Positions 49,007 to 59,715 of a stretch of DNA of 64,000 bases are shown in pieces (position 1 is the stretch's first letter; each line of letters begins with the position of its first letter). The notes beneath the pieces are model-generated. The model worked only from the letters and a program-made list of their open reading frames with translations. It was not told the origin of the DNA and did not search any database. Where the stretch lies: the NCBI GenBank assembly GCA_016699675.1, contig CP064985.1:748551-812550 (forward strand). The letters run 5' to 3'. A program made the position numbers and the translations under genes. Origin of the DNA: Austwickia sp. (GTDB lineage Bacteria > Actinomycetota > Actinomycetes > Actinomycetales > Dermatophilaceae).

Positions 49007-49420
49007 TCAGCTCCCCATCCCGGCGCCCGCCGCCGCGTGGTCGGCGATCCCGGCACGGTCGGCGCCGGCCTCGCGGACGTCGACCGTCAGGACGAGGCAT
49101 TCCGTACCGGTGACCGGCTCGACCGCGGTGGCGAAGCAGCCGGGGCACAGCATGGCGAGGTCGTCCTCGACGAGGGTCTGCTTGCCGCAGTTCGCGCAGG
49201 CCAGGGTCACGGGGACCTCCTCGATGGCCATTTCCGCGTCGGCGAGAAGCCCGTCGCCGCGCGCCGACTCGTGCCGGATGGCGTCCCAGCAGAACAGCAG
49301 GCTTTCCGGCACGACCTGGCGGAGCCGACCGATGCGCACCGTCACCCCGGTGACCGGCCGACCCTGAGCGGCCGTCAGGACCACGTCGCGGATCGACTCG
49401 CACAGCGACAGCTCGTGCAT
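49007..49420 (-). CDS. hypA: hydrogenase nickel metallochaperone HypA
   Basis: MHELSLCESI... and the CANCG...CPGC zinc site. Confidence 0.85.
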   Translation of the reverse strand: MHELSLCESIRDVVLTAAQGRPVTGVTVRIGRLRQVVPESLLFCWDAIRHESARGDGLLADAEMAIEEVPVTLACANCGKQTLVEDDLAMLCPGCFATAVEPVTGTECLVLTVDVREAGADRAGIADHAAAGAGMGS

Positions 49421-49539
49421 GTTCGACCTCCGCGACCTCGACGTATGCGGGGGTTGCGACGGCGGCCAGCCGACGCCCGCGTGCGTCACTATCGTGGTCC
49501 CCGCCCGAACCCGCAAGGGTCGCCGCTATCGTCGCGCTC

Positions 49540-52077
49540 GTGGTCCGGCACCGCATCGTCGTCACCGGAGTCGTCCAGGGCGTCGGCTTCCGCCCGCACG
49601 TCGCCCGCCTGGCGGCGCGGCACGGGCTCACCGGCTGGTGCCGCAACTCCAGCACGGCGGTGACCGTCGAGGTCCAGGGCGCTGAGGCCGCCGTGGAGGC
49701 GTTCCGCGCGGAGCTCGTCGAGCAGGCCCCGCCGCTGGCGAAGATCCTGACCGTCCGCCACGACGTACGGCCCGTCCTTCTCGCACCCGACAACCCCGAC
49801 GGCACCGACGACACCGCCGACGCGACGGGACCGGCCGCGTTCGCGATCCTGGCCAGCGACGACGCGCCCGGCGGCCGCACCCTCGTCCCCCCCGACGTCG
49901 CGACCTGCGACGACTGCCTGGCCGAGCTGCGCGACCCGAACGATCGTCGGTTCGGGCACCCCTTCATCACCTGCACCAACTGCGGCCCGCGACTGACGAT
50001 CATCACCGACGTCCCGTACGACCGGCCGGCCACCTCGATGGCGCGCTTCCCGATGTGCGCGGCGTGCGCGCGCGAGTACGCCGACCCGGCCGACCGCCGC
50101 TACCACGCCCAACCCATCGCCTGCCCGGGCTGCGGCCCGAGGCTGGTGCTCAGCCGCCCCTCCGACACCGACCCGGCCGGGGAGCCCCTCGACGCCGGCC
50201 GGGATGCCGCGGACGCGGCGCGCCTGCTCGGCCGGGTGCGCGCCGCCCTGCTGGCCGGGCAGATCGTCGCGATCAAGGGCATCGGGGGCTATCACCTCGC
50301 CGTCGACGCCCGCCGCGAGGACGCGGTGGCGCGGCTGCGGCATCGCAAGCATCGGCCGCACCAGCCGTTCGCGCTGATGGCCTGCGACCTGGCGACGGTC
50401 GGCGCGATCGCCGAGCTGAACCCGGCCGCGGAGGCGCTGCTCACCGATCCGGCGCGCCCGATCGTCATCCTGCACGCCCGGCCGGACGCACCCGGTGCGG
50501 CGCCCCGCGTCGCGCCTGGCCTGGCGCCCCGCGTCGCGCCCGGCGTGGCCCCCGGCCTGGCCGAGCTGGGCGTCATGCTGCCCTACGCCCCGGTGCACCA
50601 CCTGCTCCTCGACGACGAGCTCCCGCTGCTCGTGCTGACCTCCGGGAACGTCAGCGGCGAACCGCTGGTCACCCGCGACGACGAGGCCCTGGCTCGGCTG
50701 GGCGGGATCGCCGACCTGATCCTCGCCCACGACCGGGAGATCGTCGTGCCCTGCGAGGACTCGGTGTGGATGCTCGACGGGGACGAGCCGCTGCCCGTGC
50801 GCCGCTCGCGTGGGTACGCCCCGCTGCCCGTCGTCCTCCGCGCGGGCCCCGAGACTCCACCCGTCGACGCACCGGTCGTGCTCGCCGCCGGCGCCGAGGT
50901 CAAGAACACCGTCGCGCTGGCGCGGGACGGCTGGGCGTTCGTATCCGGGCACGTCGGCGACCTGGAGACCCTGTCGGCGCGGCGGCACTACGAGGCGACC
51001 GCCGCCGCCCTGGTCGCCTTCCATCGCAGGGCGCCCGACGTCGTCGCCGCGGACGCCCACCCCGGGTACGCGAGCCGGGCGTGGGCCGTCGCCGCCGCGG
51101 AGGCGTACGGCGTCCCGCTGGTCGCCGTCCAGCACCACCACGCGCACCTGGCGGCGCTGGCCGCCGAGCACGGCCTGCTCGGCGGGGAGCCGGTGCTGGG
51201 CATCGTGGCCGACGGCACGGGGTACGGCTGCGACGAGACCATCTGGGGCGGCGAGCTCCTGTTGCTGACCGACGGCGGCGCGACGGCGAAGCGCCTGGGA
51301 CATCTGCGGCCGTGGCCCCTGCCGGGCGGTGACTCCGGCGTCCGGCACCCGAGTCGACAGGCCGTCGGGGCCCTGGCCGCCGCCGGCATCGACGCCGCGG
51401 GAACCGTCCCGCACATCGCCGCGGGGGCCTCGGCGGCGACGCTGGCCGCGCTGGTCACCGGCTCCCGAGGCTGGGTGGCGACGTCCTCGGCCGGGCGGCT
51501 GTTCGACGTGGCGGCAGCGCTGCTCGGGGTCCGCCAGGACGTTACCTATGAGGCCCAGGCCGCCATCGAGCTGGAGGCCCTCGCGCGCACGGCCACCGAG
51601 CCGGCGCCGTTTCCCCGCCCCCTGATCACCAGCGATACCGGCGACACCAGCGACAGCGACAGTGCCCCCCACACGAGCGAGGCCGACGGCCACCTCATGC
51701 TCGATCCCCGGCCCGCGTTGGCCGTCCTCGCCGACGTCTCCCGGCGCACGGCCGCCGACGGCTGGGTCGCTGACCCGGGATCGGCCGCGGCCGGCAGCTA
51801 CGCCGCCGAACGGTATGCCGCGTGGGCCCTGGGCTTCCACGAGTGGATGGCGGCCGGCCTCGCGGAGCTAGCGGCCCGGGCGGCCAGCCGATACGGTATC
51901 GCCACCGTCGGCCTGACCGGCGGCTGCTTTCAGAACCGCCTCCTGCTGTCCGCCACCCGACGCCAGTTGGCCACCCGGGGCCTGACCACCCTGACCCACC
52001 GCGTCGTACCACCCAATGACGGCGGCCTGTCGCTGGGCCAATGCGCCGTCGCCGCGGCCCGACACCACCCGACGTGA
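49540..52077 (+). CDS. hypF: carbamoyltransferase HypF
   Basis: Acylphosphatase domain (VTGVVQGVGFRP), two CxxC zinc fingers, and YrdC and Kae1-like domains. Confidence 0.9.
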   Translation: MVRHRIVVTGVVQGVGFRPHVARLAARHGLTGWCRNSSTAVTVEVQGAEAAVEAFRAELVEQAPPLAKILTVRHDVRPVLLAPDNPDGTDDTADATGPAAFAILASDDAPGGRTLVPPDVATCDDCLAELRDPNDRRFGHPFITCTNCGPRLTIITDVPYDRPATSMARFPMCAACAREYADPADRRYHAQPIACPGCGPRLVLSRPSDTDPAGEPLDAGRDAADAARLLGRVRAALLAGQIVAIKGIGGYHLAVDARREDAVARLRHRKHRPHQPFALMACDLATVGAIAELNPAAEALLTDPARPIVILHARPDAPGAAPRVAPGLAPRVAPGVAPGLAELGVMLPYAPVHHLLLDDELPLLVLTSGNVSGEPLVTRDDEALARLGGIADLILAHDREIVVPCEDSVWMLDGDEPLPVRRSRGYAPLPVVLRAGPETPPVDAPVVLAAGAEVKNTVALARDGWAFVSGHVGDLETLSARRHYEATAAALVAFHRRAPDVVAADAHPGYASRAWAVAAAEAYGVPLVAVQHHHAHLAALAAEHGLLGGEPVLGIVADGTGYGCDETIWGGELLLLTDGGATAKRLGHLRPWPLPGGDSGVRHPSRQAVGALAAAGIDAAGTVPHIAAGASAATLAALVTGSRGWVATSSAGRLFDVAAALLGVRQDVTYEAQAAIELEALARTATEPAPFPRPLITSDTGDTSDSDSAPHTSEADGHLMLDPRPALAVLADVSRRTAADGWVADPGSAAAGSYAAERYAAWALGFHEWMAAGLAELAARAASRYGIATVGLTGGCFQNRLLLSATRRQLATRGLTTLTHRVVPPNDGGLSLGQCAVAAARHHPT

Positions 52078-52088
52078 GGATCCCCGAC

Positions 52089-52346
52089 ATGTGCCTCGGA
52101 CTGCCCGGCAAGATCCTGCGCACCTGGCAGGACGGCGAGGCGCGCCTGGGCGAGGCCGATTTCGCCGGGGACCACCGCGTCATCCGGCTCGACCTCGTGC
52201 CGGAACTGCAGGCCGGGGACTGGACGCTCCTGCACGCCGGGTTCGCCCTGCAGCGCCTCGACGAGGAGGAGGCGCGCCTCACCCTTGAAGCCCTACGTAC
52301 GGCGGGTGCCCTCGCGTCCGACGACCTCGCCGGGGCGGACCGATGA
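52089..52346 (+). CDS. hypC: hydrogenase assembly chaperone HypC/HupF
   Basis: MCLGLPGKI N-terminus. Confidence 0.8.
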   Translation: MCLGLPGKILRTWQDGEARLGEADFAGDHRVIRLDLVPELQAGDWTLLHAGFALQRLDEEEARLTLEALRTAGALASDDLAGADR

Positions 52347-52603
52347 CCGGGGACGGCCGCGACGAGGCAGGCGAGACCACCTGCGTCACGTGCTCCGACG
52401 AGGGGCGCCCGGGCGTCATTCTCGCGCTTCCCGCCGACGCCCGACCCGGCGAACCGGCCCTGGTCCGCACGGATCGCGGCGAGGAGCGGGTCGACCTGTG
52501 CCTGGTCGACGGCGTACGAACGGGCGACGTCGTCCTCATTCACGCCGGGTTGGCGATCGCGGTTCTGCCGGCGGCCGAGCGCCCGGTCGGGACGCCCGCG
52601 TGA
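52343..52603 (+). CDS. HypC/HupF-like protein with a non-canonical N-terminal extension
   Basis: C-terminal ...RVDLCLVDGVRTGDVVLIHAGLAIAVL resembles the HypC fold. The N-terminus MTGDGRDEAGETTCVTCSDEG lacks the MC(L)G(I)P start. Confidence 0.5.
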   Translation: MTGDGRDEAGETTCVTCSDEGRPGVILALPADARPGEPALVRTDRGEERVDLCLVDGVRTGDVVLIHAGLAIAVLPAAERPVGTPA

Positions 52604-53694
52604 CCAGGCCGACCCGCAGCGCCGAGGAGGTCGCCGCCCGGATCGAGCAGGTGCGGCGGCGCCGCCCCCGCCTCCTCGAGGACGTCGTCACCCTGGCGCA
52701 TGGCGCCGGCGGCAAGTCCTCGGCCGCGCTGACCGATGCCGTCTTCCTCGACGCCTTCCGCAACCCCACCCTGGAGCAGCTCGGCGACGCCGCCGTGATG
52801 ACGCTGCCGGAGCTGCCACACGGGGGCCGGCTCGCCCTCTCCGCGGACAGCTACGTCGTGCAGCCGCTGCGCTTCCCCGGGGGCTCCATCGGCCATCTCG
52901 CCGTGCACGGCACCGTCAACGACCTGGCCGTCAGCGGCGCCGTCCCCGCCTGGCTCTCCGCGGCCTTCGTCATCGAGGAGGGCCTGCCGATCGACGAATT
53001 GCGCGGCATCGTGGCCGACATGGCCGACGCCGCCCGCGCCAGCGGCGTCGCGATCGTCACCGGCGACACGAAGGTCGTCGCCAAGGGCGCGGCCGACGGC
53101 CTGTTCATCACGACCGCCGGCGTGGGCCTGATCCCGACCGGCCGGGGGCTCGGGCCCGAGCTGGTCCAACCGGGCGACCGCGTGCTGTTGTCGGGCCCGA
53201 TGGGCGCGCACGGCATGGCCGTGCTCCTCGCCCGCGGCGACCTGGCGTTGGACGCCGACATCCGCTCCGACACCCGCCCGCTGCACGCCCTCGTGGCCCG
53301 CTTGCTGGAGGCAGCGCCCGGCACCCGCTGGCTGCGGGACGCCACCCGCGGCGGGGTGGCCACCGTCGTCAACGAACTCGCGGCGGCCACCGACCTCGCC
53401 GTGGTCCTCGACGAGGCGAGTCTGCCCGTCGCGCCGGTGGTCGCGGGGGCGTGCGAGCTGCTCGGGATCGACCCCCTGTACGTCGCGAACGAGGGCCTCT
53501 TCGTCGCCGTCGTGCCACCCGACGAGGCCGACGCGGGCCTCGCCGCGCTGCGGTCCCTCCCTGGCGGCGAGGAGGCCGTGGCCGTCGGCCGGATCGCCGC
53601 CGACCCCCCGGGGCTGGTCCTCATCGAGACCCTCTTCGGCGGCACCCGCGTCGTCGACATGCTGGTCGGCGACCCCCTACCGAGAATCTGCTGA
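52600..53694 (+). CDS. hypE: hydrogenase maturation factor HypE
   Basis: AIR-synthase-like fold with the C-terminal PRIC motif. Confidence 0.85.
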   Translation: MTRPTRSAEEVAARIEQVRRRRPRLLEDVVTLAHGAGGKSSAALTDAVFLDAFRNPTLEQLGDAAVMTLPELPHGGRLALSADSYVVQPLRFPGGSIGHLAVHGTVNDLAVSGAVPAWLSAAFVIEEGLPIDELRGIVADMADAARASGVAIVTGDTKVVAKGAADGLFITTAGVGLIPTGRGLGPELVQPGDRVLLSGPMGAHGMAVLLARGDLALDADIRSDTRPLHALVARLLEAAPGTRWLRDATRGGVATVVNELAAATDLAVVLDEASLPVAPVVAGACELLGIDPLYVANEGLFVAVVPPDEADAGLAALRSLPGGEEAVAVGRIAADPPGLVLIETLFGGTRVVDMLVGDPLPRIC

Positions 53695-53734
53695 CCTCCC
53701 CGCGCTCCCGCGCGCCGGACGAAAGGACACCCCC

Positions 53735-54046
53735 ATGTGCCTCGGGATTCCCGGTCAGGTCGTCGACCTGGTCGATGAGCAGCAGCACCTGGCGACGGTG
53801 GACGTCTCCGGCGTACGCCGTACGGTCAGCGTCCGCCTCCTCGCCGACGCGCGCGACGCCCGCGAGGGCCGCGACGAGCCCGGCGCACCCGGCGTCGCCA
53901 TCGGCGACTGGGTCCTGGTGCACGTCGGCTTCGCCCTGGCGAAGGTCGACGAACAGGAGGCCGCCGAGACGCTCGCCGCGCTGCGGCGGCTGGACGAACG
54001 GTACGCCGAGGAGCTGGCCGCGTTCTCGGGGAGCATCGCGCCATGA
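53735..54046 (+). CDS. hypC: HypC-family chaperone (third copy)
   Basis: MCLGIPGQV N-terminus. Confidence 0.8.
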   Translation: MCLGIPGQVVDLVDEQQHLATVDVSGVRRTVSVRLLADARDAREGRDEPGAPGVAIGDWVLVHVGFALAKVDEQEAAETLAALRRLDERYAEELAAFSGSIAP

Positions 54047-55167
54047 CCGGCCCCATGACCGGCACGCAGGAGTTCCGCGACCCCGCGATGGCCCGCGCGC
54101 TGGTGCGCTCAATCACCGACCTCATCGGCGACCGACGAATCGCGCTCATGGAGGTGTGCGGCGGGCACACCCACACGATCTACCGGCACGGGCTGGAGCA
54201 GATCCTCCCCCCCGGGGTCGAGCTGGTGCACGGCCCCGGCTGCCCGGTGTGCGTCATCCCGATGGGCCGCGTGGACGACGCGATCTGGCTCGCCGAGCAG
54301 GACAACGTCATCTTCACGACGTTCGGCGACATGATGCGCGTGCCGGGGTCGCGCGGCTCGCTGCTGGAGGCCAAGGCCCGCGGCGCCGACTGCCGCTTCG
54401 TGTACTCACCGCTGGACGCCCTCGCCATCGCGGAGGCCAACCCCGACCGGCTCGTGGTGTTCTTCGCGGTCGGCTTCGAGACGACCACGCCGTCCACCGC
54501 GGTGACCCTGCTGCGGGCGCGGGAGGCCGGGGTGCGGAACTTCTGCGTCTTCGCCAACCACGTCACCATCGAGCCGCCGATGCGCGCGATCCTCGACGAC
54601 CCCGCGCTGCGGCTCGACGGCTTCATCGGCCCGGGCCACGTCTCGACGATCGCGGGCACCCGGATCTACGAGTTCTGCCCCCGCGACTACGGAAAGCCGC
54701 TGGTCATCGCCGGGTTTGAGCCGCTGGACATCCTGCAGGCCGTGCAGATGCTGGTCGCGCAGCTGGTGGAGGGCCGCTGCGAGGTCGAGAACCAGTACTC
54801 CCGCGTCGTCCGACCGGAGGGCAACCTCGCGGCGCAGGCCCTGGTCGCGCAGACGATGGTGCCGCGGGAGACCTTCGAGTGGCGCGGGCTCGGCGAGATC
54901 CCGGGCAGTGCGCTCGCCGTACATCCCGACTTCGCCGACTGGGACGCCGAGGCGCGCTTCGCCATCCCCGGCCGCCGGGTCGCCGATCCGCCCGCGTGCC
55001 AGTGCGGCGACGTCCTGCGCGGCGTCATCAAGCCGTGGGAGTGCGGGGTGTTCGGCACGGCCTGTACGCCGGAGACCCCCATCGGGACCTGCATGGTCTC
55101 CCCCGAGGGCGCCTGCGCCGCGTACTACACCTTCGGCCGGATGCGGCTGACCCGGGCCCCGGCGTGA
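54043..55167 (+). CDS. hypD: hydrogenase maturation factor HypD
   Basis: CGGHTH, GPGCPVC and the C-terminal CPVC-type motifs. Confidence 0.9.
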   Translation: MTGPMTGTQEFRDPAMARALVRSITDLIGDRRIALMEVCGGHTHTIYRHGLEQILPPGVELVHGPGCPVCVIPMGRVDDAIWLAEQDNVIFTTFGDMMRVPGSRGSLLEAKARGADCRFVYSPLDALAIAEANPDRLVVFFAVGFETTTPSTAVTLLRAREAGVRNFCVFANHVTIEPPMRAILDDPALRLDGFIGPGHVSTIAGTRIYEFCPRDYGKPLVIAGFEPLDILQAVQMLVAQLVEGRCEVENQYSRVVRPEGNLAAQALVAQTMVPRETFEWRGLGEIPGSALAVHPDFADWDAEARFAIPGRRVADPPACQCGDVLRGVIKPWECGVFGTACTPETPIGTCMVSPEGACAAYYTFGRMRLTRAPA

Positions 55168-55985
55168 CCGACCCGGGGGCGGCCGATCCCGGCGTGGCCG
55201 AGCCCCGCGCGACCGATCCCGGGCTGCGGCTGTTCGCGCGCTACGCGCACGCCCCGAACGCCCGCGGCTACTGCGGCCCGGACGTCGGCGGCGCCTATCA
55301 GCGGGTGGCCTGCGGGTCGACAGATCCGACCGATGCGGCCCGGGCCCGCGGCGCCGCCCGGCAGTTCTCGGGCGCCTGGCCCTACCAGTGCCTCATCGCG
55401 GAGCAGACCGACGGCGCGGACCCGTTGAGCGAGCAGGTCGGCCGCGCGTACTGGACCGGCAACGACCTGACCGACCTCGTCGACCGGGCCCGGTTCGGCC
55501 ACGCGCTGCTGACAAGATTCGCCGCGCAGGCCGGGCACTACTGGGCCCACCTCGACGAGGCCCTGCTGCCCGAGGTCACCCCGACCCACGCGTTCCACGT
55601 GTTCGGCATCTACCCCTGGTCGAGACTGCTGCCGACCGGCCTCCCCGAGCCCCTGATGGTCCTGGATTCCTGCCGCATCCGGTCCGGGCGGGTGCTCGAC
55701 GCCGACGACACCGCGCTGCGCGTCAGCCTCGACACGCTGACCCTCGACGGACCCCGGCTCCGCCGCACCGATCCGGCCCCGCGCACCGTGGCCTACCGCA
55801 CCCCGGACGGGACGTTCATCGACGTCGACGCGCTCGCCGCGCTGGGCCCCGACGCGGAGGTCGCCGTGCACTGGGACTTCGCCTGCGATCTGCTCACGGG
55901 CCCAGAGGCCACCGCGCTGCGCCGGCGCACGACGTACCAAGTTCTCCTCACCAACGCGCGGCTTGAGCGCGCGGCGGGACGCTGA
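55164..55985 (+). CDS. conserved hydrogenase-associated hypothetical protein (DUF-type)
   Basis: GTG start overlaps the hypD stop. No recognisable catalytic motif. Positioned between the hyp and hox genes. Confidence 0.5.
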   Translation: MTDPGAADPGVAEPRATDPGLRLFARYAHAPNARGYCGPDVGGAYQRVACGSTDPTDAARARGAARQFSGAWPYQCLIAEQTDGADPLSEQVGRAYWTGNDLTDLVDRARFGHALLTRFAAQAGHYWAHLDEALLPEVTPTHAFHVFGIYPWSRLLPTGLPEPLMVLDSCRIRSGRVLDADDTALRVSLDTLTLDGPRLRRTDPAPRTVAYRTPDGTFIDVDALAALGPDAEVAVHWDFACDLLTGPEATALRRRTTYQVLLTNARLERAAGR

Positions 55986-56231
55986 CGCGCGTCCCGACCC
56001 GCCTGACCAGGGAATTCCGCGCTCCCGCGGGAAGCCGAAGACGGCTCGGCGCAAGGAATCCGGCACCGCGTCCCGACGAAATGTGATTTTCCGGCGAACT
56101 CCTTTCTTACCGCTGGGTCGCCCATAGCATGAGCGCGGCCCGCTCCCCCACCAGCCCCCTGGCGATGCTTCGGTCGGCGTGCGCTCCACCCGAATTCCCA
56201 GACACACCCCCCATCCAGGAGGTTTGACGCG

Positions 56232-56735
56232 GTGGTGAAGACCCTGCCGAAGGCGCCGAGCGAGGACAAGCGCTGGAAGATCGTCGAGGCACGAATGCGT
56301 CGCCTCGGCGGCTCGTACGACGCGCTCATCGAGTCGTTGCACGCCGCCCAGGAGGCGTTCGGTTACCTCGACGACGAGGCCATGCTGTTCATCAGCGACT
56401 ACCTCGGCGTGCCCCGCTCGCGGGTGTTCGCGGTGGCGACGTTCTACTCCTACTTCACGCTCAAGCCCCAGGGCGAGCACACCTGCGTGGTGTGCACGGG
56501 GACCGCGTGCTACATCAACGGGGCCGGCGCCATCCGCAAGCGCATCGAGCAGGAGCTGGGCATCAAGTCCGGGGAGACGACGGCGGACAACCGCGTCTCG
56601 ACGCTCACGGCGCGCTGCGTCGGCGCGTGCTCGATCGCGCCCGTCATCGTGGTCGACGGTGAGCTCGTCGGCAAGCTCTCGCCGGACGAGGTCGTGCAGC
56701 TGCTCATGGCGCTGCCGAAGGGGGCGGACCAGTGA
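56232..56735 (+). CDS. hoxE: NAD-reducing hydrogenase diaphorase subunit HoxE (NuoE-like 2Fe-2S)
   Basis: Thioredoxin-like [2Fe-2S] cysteine pattern (C...C...C...C). Confidence 0.8.
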   Translation: MVKTLPKAPSEDKRWKIVEARMRRLGGSYDALIESLHAAQEAFGYLDDEAMLFISDYLGVPRSRVFAVATFYSYFTLKPQGEHTCVVCTGTACYINGAGAIRKRIEQELGIKSGETTADNRVSTLTARCVGACSIAPVIVVDGELVGKLSPDEVVQLLMALPKGADQ

Positions 56736-58423
56736 GCCAGGAGATCAGCACGAAAGGCCTGAGCACCGGGGGCCGGCCCACGAAGCGCCGCGTCCGCACC
56801 CACGGCCTGGTTCCCCTCGGCCCCACCCGGGCCAGCATCCACGTCTGCGAGGCGTCGGGCTGCCGCTCGCTGAACTCCGAGCAGGCCGTCGACGCCCTCG
56901 CGGAGCGCCTCACGGAGGCGGGCGTGACCGACGTCGCCGTGAAGCGCACGGGCTGCCTGGGCGTGGGGCTCTGCGCCCGCGGACCGCTGGCCCGCATCGA
57001 CGAATCGGGCGAGTACTTCGAGGAACTCACCGCCGACAACCTGCAGGGCGCGATCGACGCGCTCGCCGCCGTCGAACCCGGCCAGCAGCCCACCGGCGAG
57101 ACCTCGGAGTTCGCCTCCCGCCAGCTGCGGGTGGCCATGGAGAACTTCGGGCTGCTTGACCCCGAGGACCTCAACGATTACCTCGCGCGCGGCGGCTACG
57201 ACGCCCTGCAGAAGGCGCTGCACGAGATGACCCCCGGCCAGGTGATCGCGGAGGTGTCGACCTCCGGGCTGCGCGGCCGCGGCGGCGGCGGCTTCCCGAC
57301 GGGGCTCAAGTGGACCACCGTGGCCAAGGCCGCAGGCCCGGACGGCAAGTACGTCATCTGCAACGCCGACGAGGGCGACCCCGGGGCGTTCATGGACCGC
57401 ACCCTGCTGGAGTCCGATCCGCACCGGGTCATCGAGGGGATGGCGATCGCGGCGTACGCCGTCGGGGCCAGCGAGGGCTACATCTACTGCCGGGCCGAAT
57501 ACCCGCTGGCGGTCAAGCGCCTGCGGCACGCGATCCGGCAGGGGGAACGCGAGGGCATCCTCGGCAAGAACATCTTCGACACCCGGTTCAGCTTCGAGGT
57601 CGACGTGCGGCTCGGCGCGGGCGCCTTCGTCTGCGGTGAGGAGACGGCGCTCATCCGCTCCATCCAGGGCGGCCGGGGCACGCCTCGACCACGGCCGCCG
57701 TACCCGGCCCTTCGCGGGCTGCACGGCCGCCCCACCCTGCTGAACAACGTGGAAACCTTCGCCGCCATCGCGCCGATCGTGCGCAACGGGGGTGCGTGGT
57801 ACGCCTCGATCGGTACGCCGAAGTCCACGGGCACCAAGGTCTTCGCACTGGCCGGGCGCGTGAAGAACACCGGCATCGTCGAGGTGCCGATGGGCATCAC
57901 GCTGCGCGAGGTGGTCTACGACATCGGCGGGGGCATCACCGACGACCACCCGTTCAAGGCGGTGCAGACCGGCGGACCCTCGGGCGGCTGCATCCCGGCC
58001 GAGTTCCTGGACATGCCCCTGGACTACGAGTCGCTCGCCGAGAAGGGCTCGATCATGGGCTCCGGCGGGATGATCATCATGGACGACACGGCCTGCATGG
58101 TCGACGTGGCCAAGTTCTTCATGGAGTTCTGCGTGGAGGAGAGCTGCGGCAAGTGCGTCCCGTGCCGGGTGGGCACGACCCACATGCACAACCTGCTGGC
58201 CAAGATCGCCGAGGGCGAGGCCACCATGGACGACCTCGCGGCGCTGGAGCGGCTCGCCGGCATGGTGAAGGCGACCAGCCTGTGCGGGCTCGGCCAGACC
58301 GCACCGAACCCGGTGTTCTCGACGCTGCGCTACTTCCGCCACGAATACCTGGCCCACATCGAAGACCGACAGTGCCCGGCGAACGTCTGCCCGGTCGCGC
58401 AGCGGGAGGTGGCAGGGGTATGA
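56732..58423 (+). CDS. hoxF: NAD-reducing hydrogenase diaphorase subunit HoxF (NuoF-like; FMN and NAD binding, 4Fe-4S)
   Basis: [13 protein letters not shown] and ...CGKCVPCR... motifs. Confidence 0.85.
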   Translation: MSQEISTKGLSTGGRPTKRRVRTHGLVPLGPTRASIHVCEASGCRSLNSEQAVDALAERLTEAGVTDVAVKRTGCLGVGLCARGPLARIDESGEYFEELTADNLQGAIDALAAVEPGQQPTGETSEFASRQLRVAMENFGLLDPEDLNDYLARGGYDALQKALHEMTPGQVIAEVSTSGLRGRGGGGFPTGLKWTTVAKAAGPDGKYVICNADEGDPGAFMDRTLLESDPHRVIEGMAIAAYAVGASEGYIYCRAEYPLAVKRLRHAIRQGEREGILGKNIFDTRFSFEVDVRLGAGAFVCGEETALIRSIQGGRGTPRPRPPYPALRGLHGRPTLLNNVETFAAIAPIVRNGGAWYASIGTPKSTGTKVFALAGRVKNTGIVEVPMGITLREVVYDIGGGITDDHPFKAVQTGGPSGGCIPAEFLDMPLDYESLAEKGSIMGSGGMIIMDDTACMVDVAKFFMEFCVEESCGKCVPCRVGTTHMHNLLAKIAEGEATMDDLAALERLAGMVKATSLCGLGQTAPNPVFSTLRYFRHEYLAHIEDRQCPANVCPVAQREVAGV

Positions 58424-59142
58424 GCGACGTCTACACCCTCCGGATCGACGAACGGGACGTCGCCGGCGTGGCCGGCGAGACCGTCCTGGACGTGGCCCGC
58501 GAGAACGGCATCAGCGTCCCCACGCTGTGCCACCTCGGCGGCCTCAAGCCGTTCGGGGCCTGCCGGATGTGCGTCGTGGAGATCCGCAGCACCGGCAAGC
58601 TGGTGCCGGCCTGCACCACGAAGATCGAAGAGGGCCAGGACATCACCGCCAACTCCGAGAAGCTGCACGAATACCGGCGCCAGGTCCTCGAACTCATCTT
58701 CACCGAGCGCAACCACGTCTGCTCGGTCTGCGTCGCCAACAACCACTGCGAGCTGCAGGACCAGGCCGAGCGGCACGGCGTGACCCACTTCGACCTGCCC
58801 TACCTCAACCCCAGGCTCGAGGTCGACGCCACCCACGACAAGTTCGCGATCGACCACAACCGGTGCATCCTGTGCGCCCGGTGCGTGCGCGTCTGCGACG
58901 AGATCGAGGGCGCCCACGTGTGGGACATCCAGGGCCGCGGCATCGAGGCGCGCCTGGTCACCGAGCTCGGCAAGCCGTGGGGCGAGGCCAGCACCTGCAC
59001 GAGCTGCGGCAAGTGCGTGCAGGTCTGCCCGACGGGCGCCTTGTTCGAGAAGGGCCGGCCCTCCTCGGAGGATCGCCAGCACCGTCCGTTCATGCCGTAC
59101 CTGCGTGGGCAGGCCGACAGCTGGGAGAAGCGTCCCCGATGA
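58420..59142 (+). CDS. hoxU: HoxU (NuoG-like Fe-S subunit)
   Basis: N-terminal [2Fe-2S] site ([15 protein letters not shown]) and two 4Fe-4S motifs. Confidence 0.85.
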   Translation: MSDVYTLRIDERDVAGVAGETVLDVARENGISVPTLCHLGGLKPFGACRMCVVEIRSTGKLVPACTTKIEEGQDITANSEKLHEYRRQVLELIFTERNHVCSVCVANNHCELQDQAERHGVTHFDLPYLNPRLEVDATHDKFAIDHNRCILCARCVRVCDEIEGAHVWDIQGRGIEARLVTELGKPWGEASTCTSCGKCVQVCPTGALFEKGRPSSEDRQHRPFMPYLRGQADSWEKRPR

Positions 59143-59672
59143 GCAAGATCAAGCTGGCCACGGTGTGGCTCGACGGCTGTTCCGGCTGCCACATGTCGTT
59201 CCTGGACATGGACGAGCGGCTCATCGACCTTGGGGAACGCGCCGACCTGGTGTATTCGCCGCTGGTCGACCGCAAGGACTTCCCCGACATGGTGGACGTG
59301 ACGCTCGTCGAGGGTGGCGTGGCCTCGACGGACGACCTCGCCAAGCTCCGCAAGGTGCGGGCCCACTCCAAGATCGTCGTGGCGTTCGGCGACTGCGCGA
59401 TCACGGCGAACGTGCCGGGCATGCGGAACCCGTTCGGCAAGGAGGCGGTGCTGGATCGGGCGTACGTCGAGAACGCCGACGAGAACCCCATGCACCCCGA
59501 CGAGGTGGTGCCGCAGCTGCTGGACCCGATCCGGCCGGCCCAGTACTACGTCAAGATCGACGCCTACCTGCCCGGGTGCCCGCCGTCGGCGGACGACATC
59601 TGGCACTGCGTGACGGCGTTGCTGGCCGACGATGTCGCGGACGCCGCGGGCACCGCCCGGTTCGGCCGATGA
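59139..59672 (+). CDS. hoxY: [NiFe]-hydrogenase small subunit HoxY (group 3)
   Basis: ...WLDGCSGCHMSFLD... and ...GDCA...PGCPP... Confidence 0.85.
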   Translation: MSKIKLATVWLDGCSGCHMSFLDMDERLIDLGERADLVYSPLVDRKDFPDMVDVTLVEGGVASTDDLAKLRKVRAHSKIVVAFGDCAITANVPGMRNPFGKEAVLDRAYVENADENPMHPDEVVPQLLDPIRPAQYYVKIDAYLPGCPPSADDIWHCVTALLADDVADAAGTARFGR

Positions 59673-59715
59673 CCGGCCACCACCTCTGCACGTCCCAGGA
59701 AGCGGTGAGGAAGCC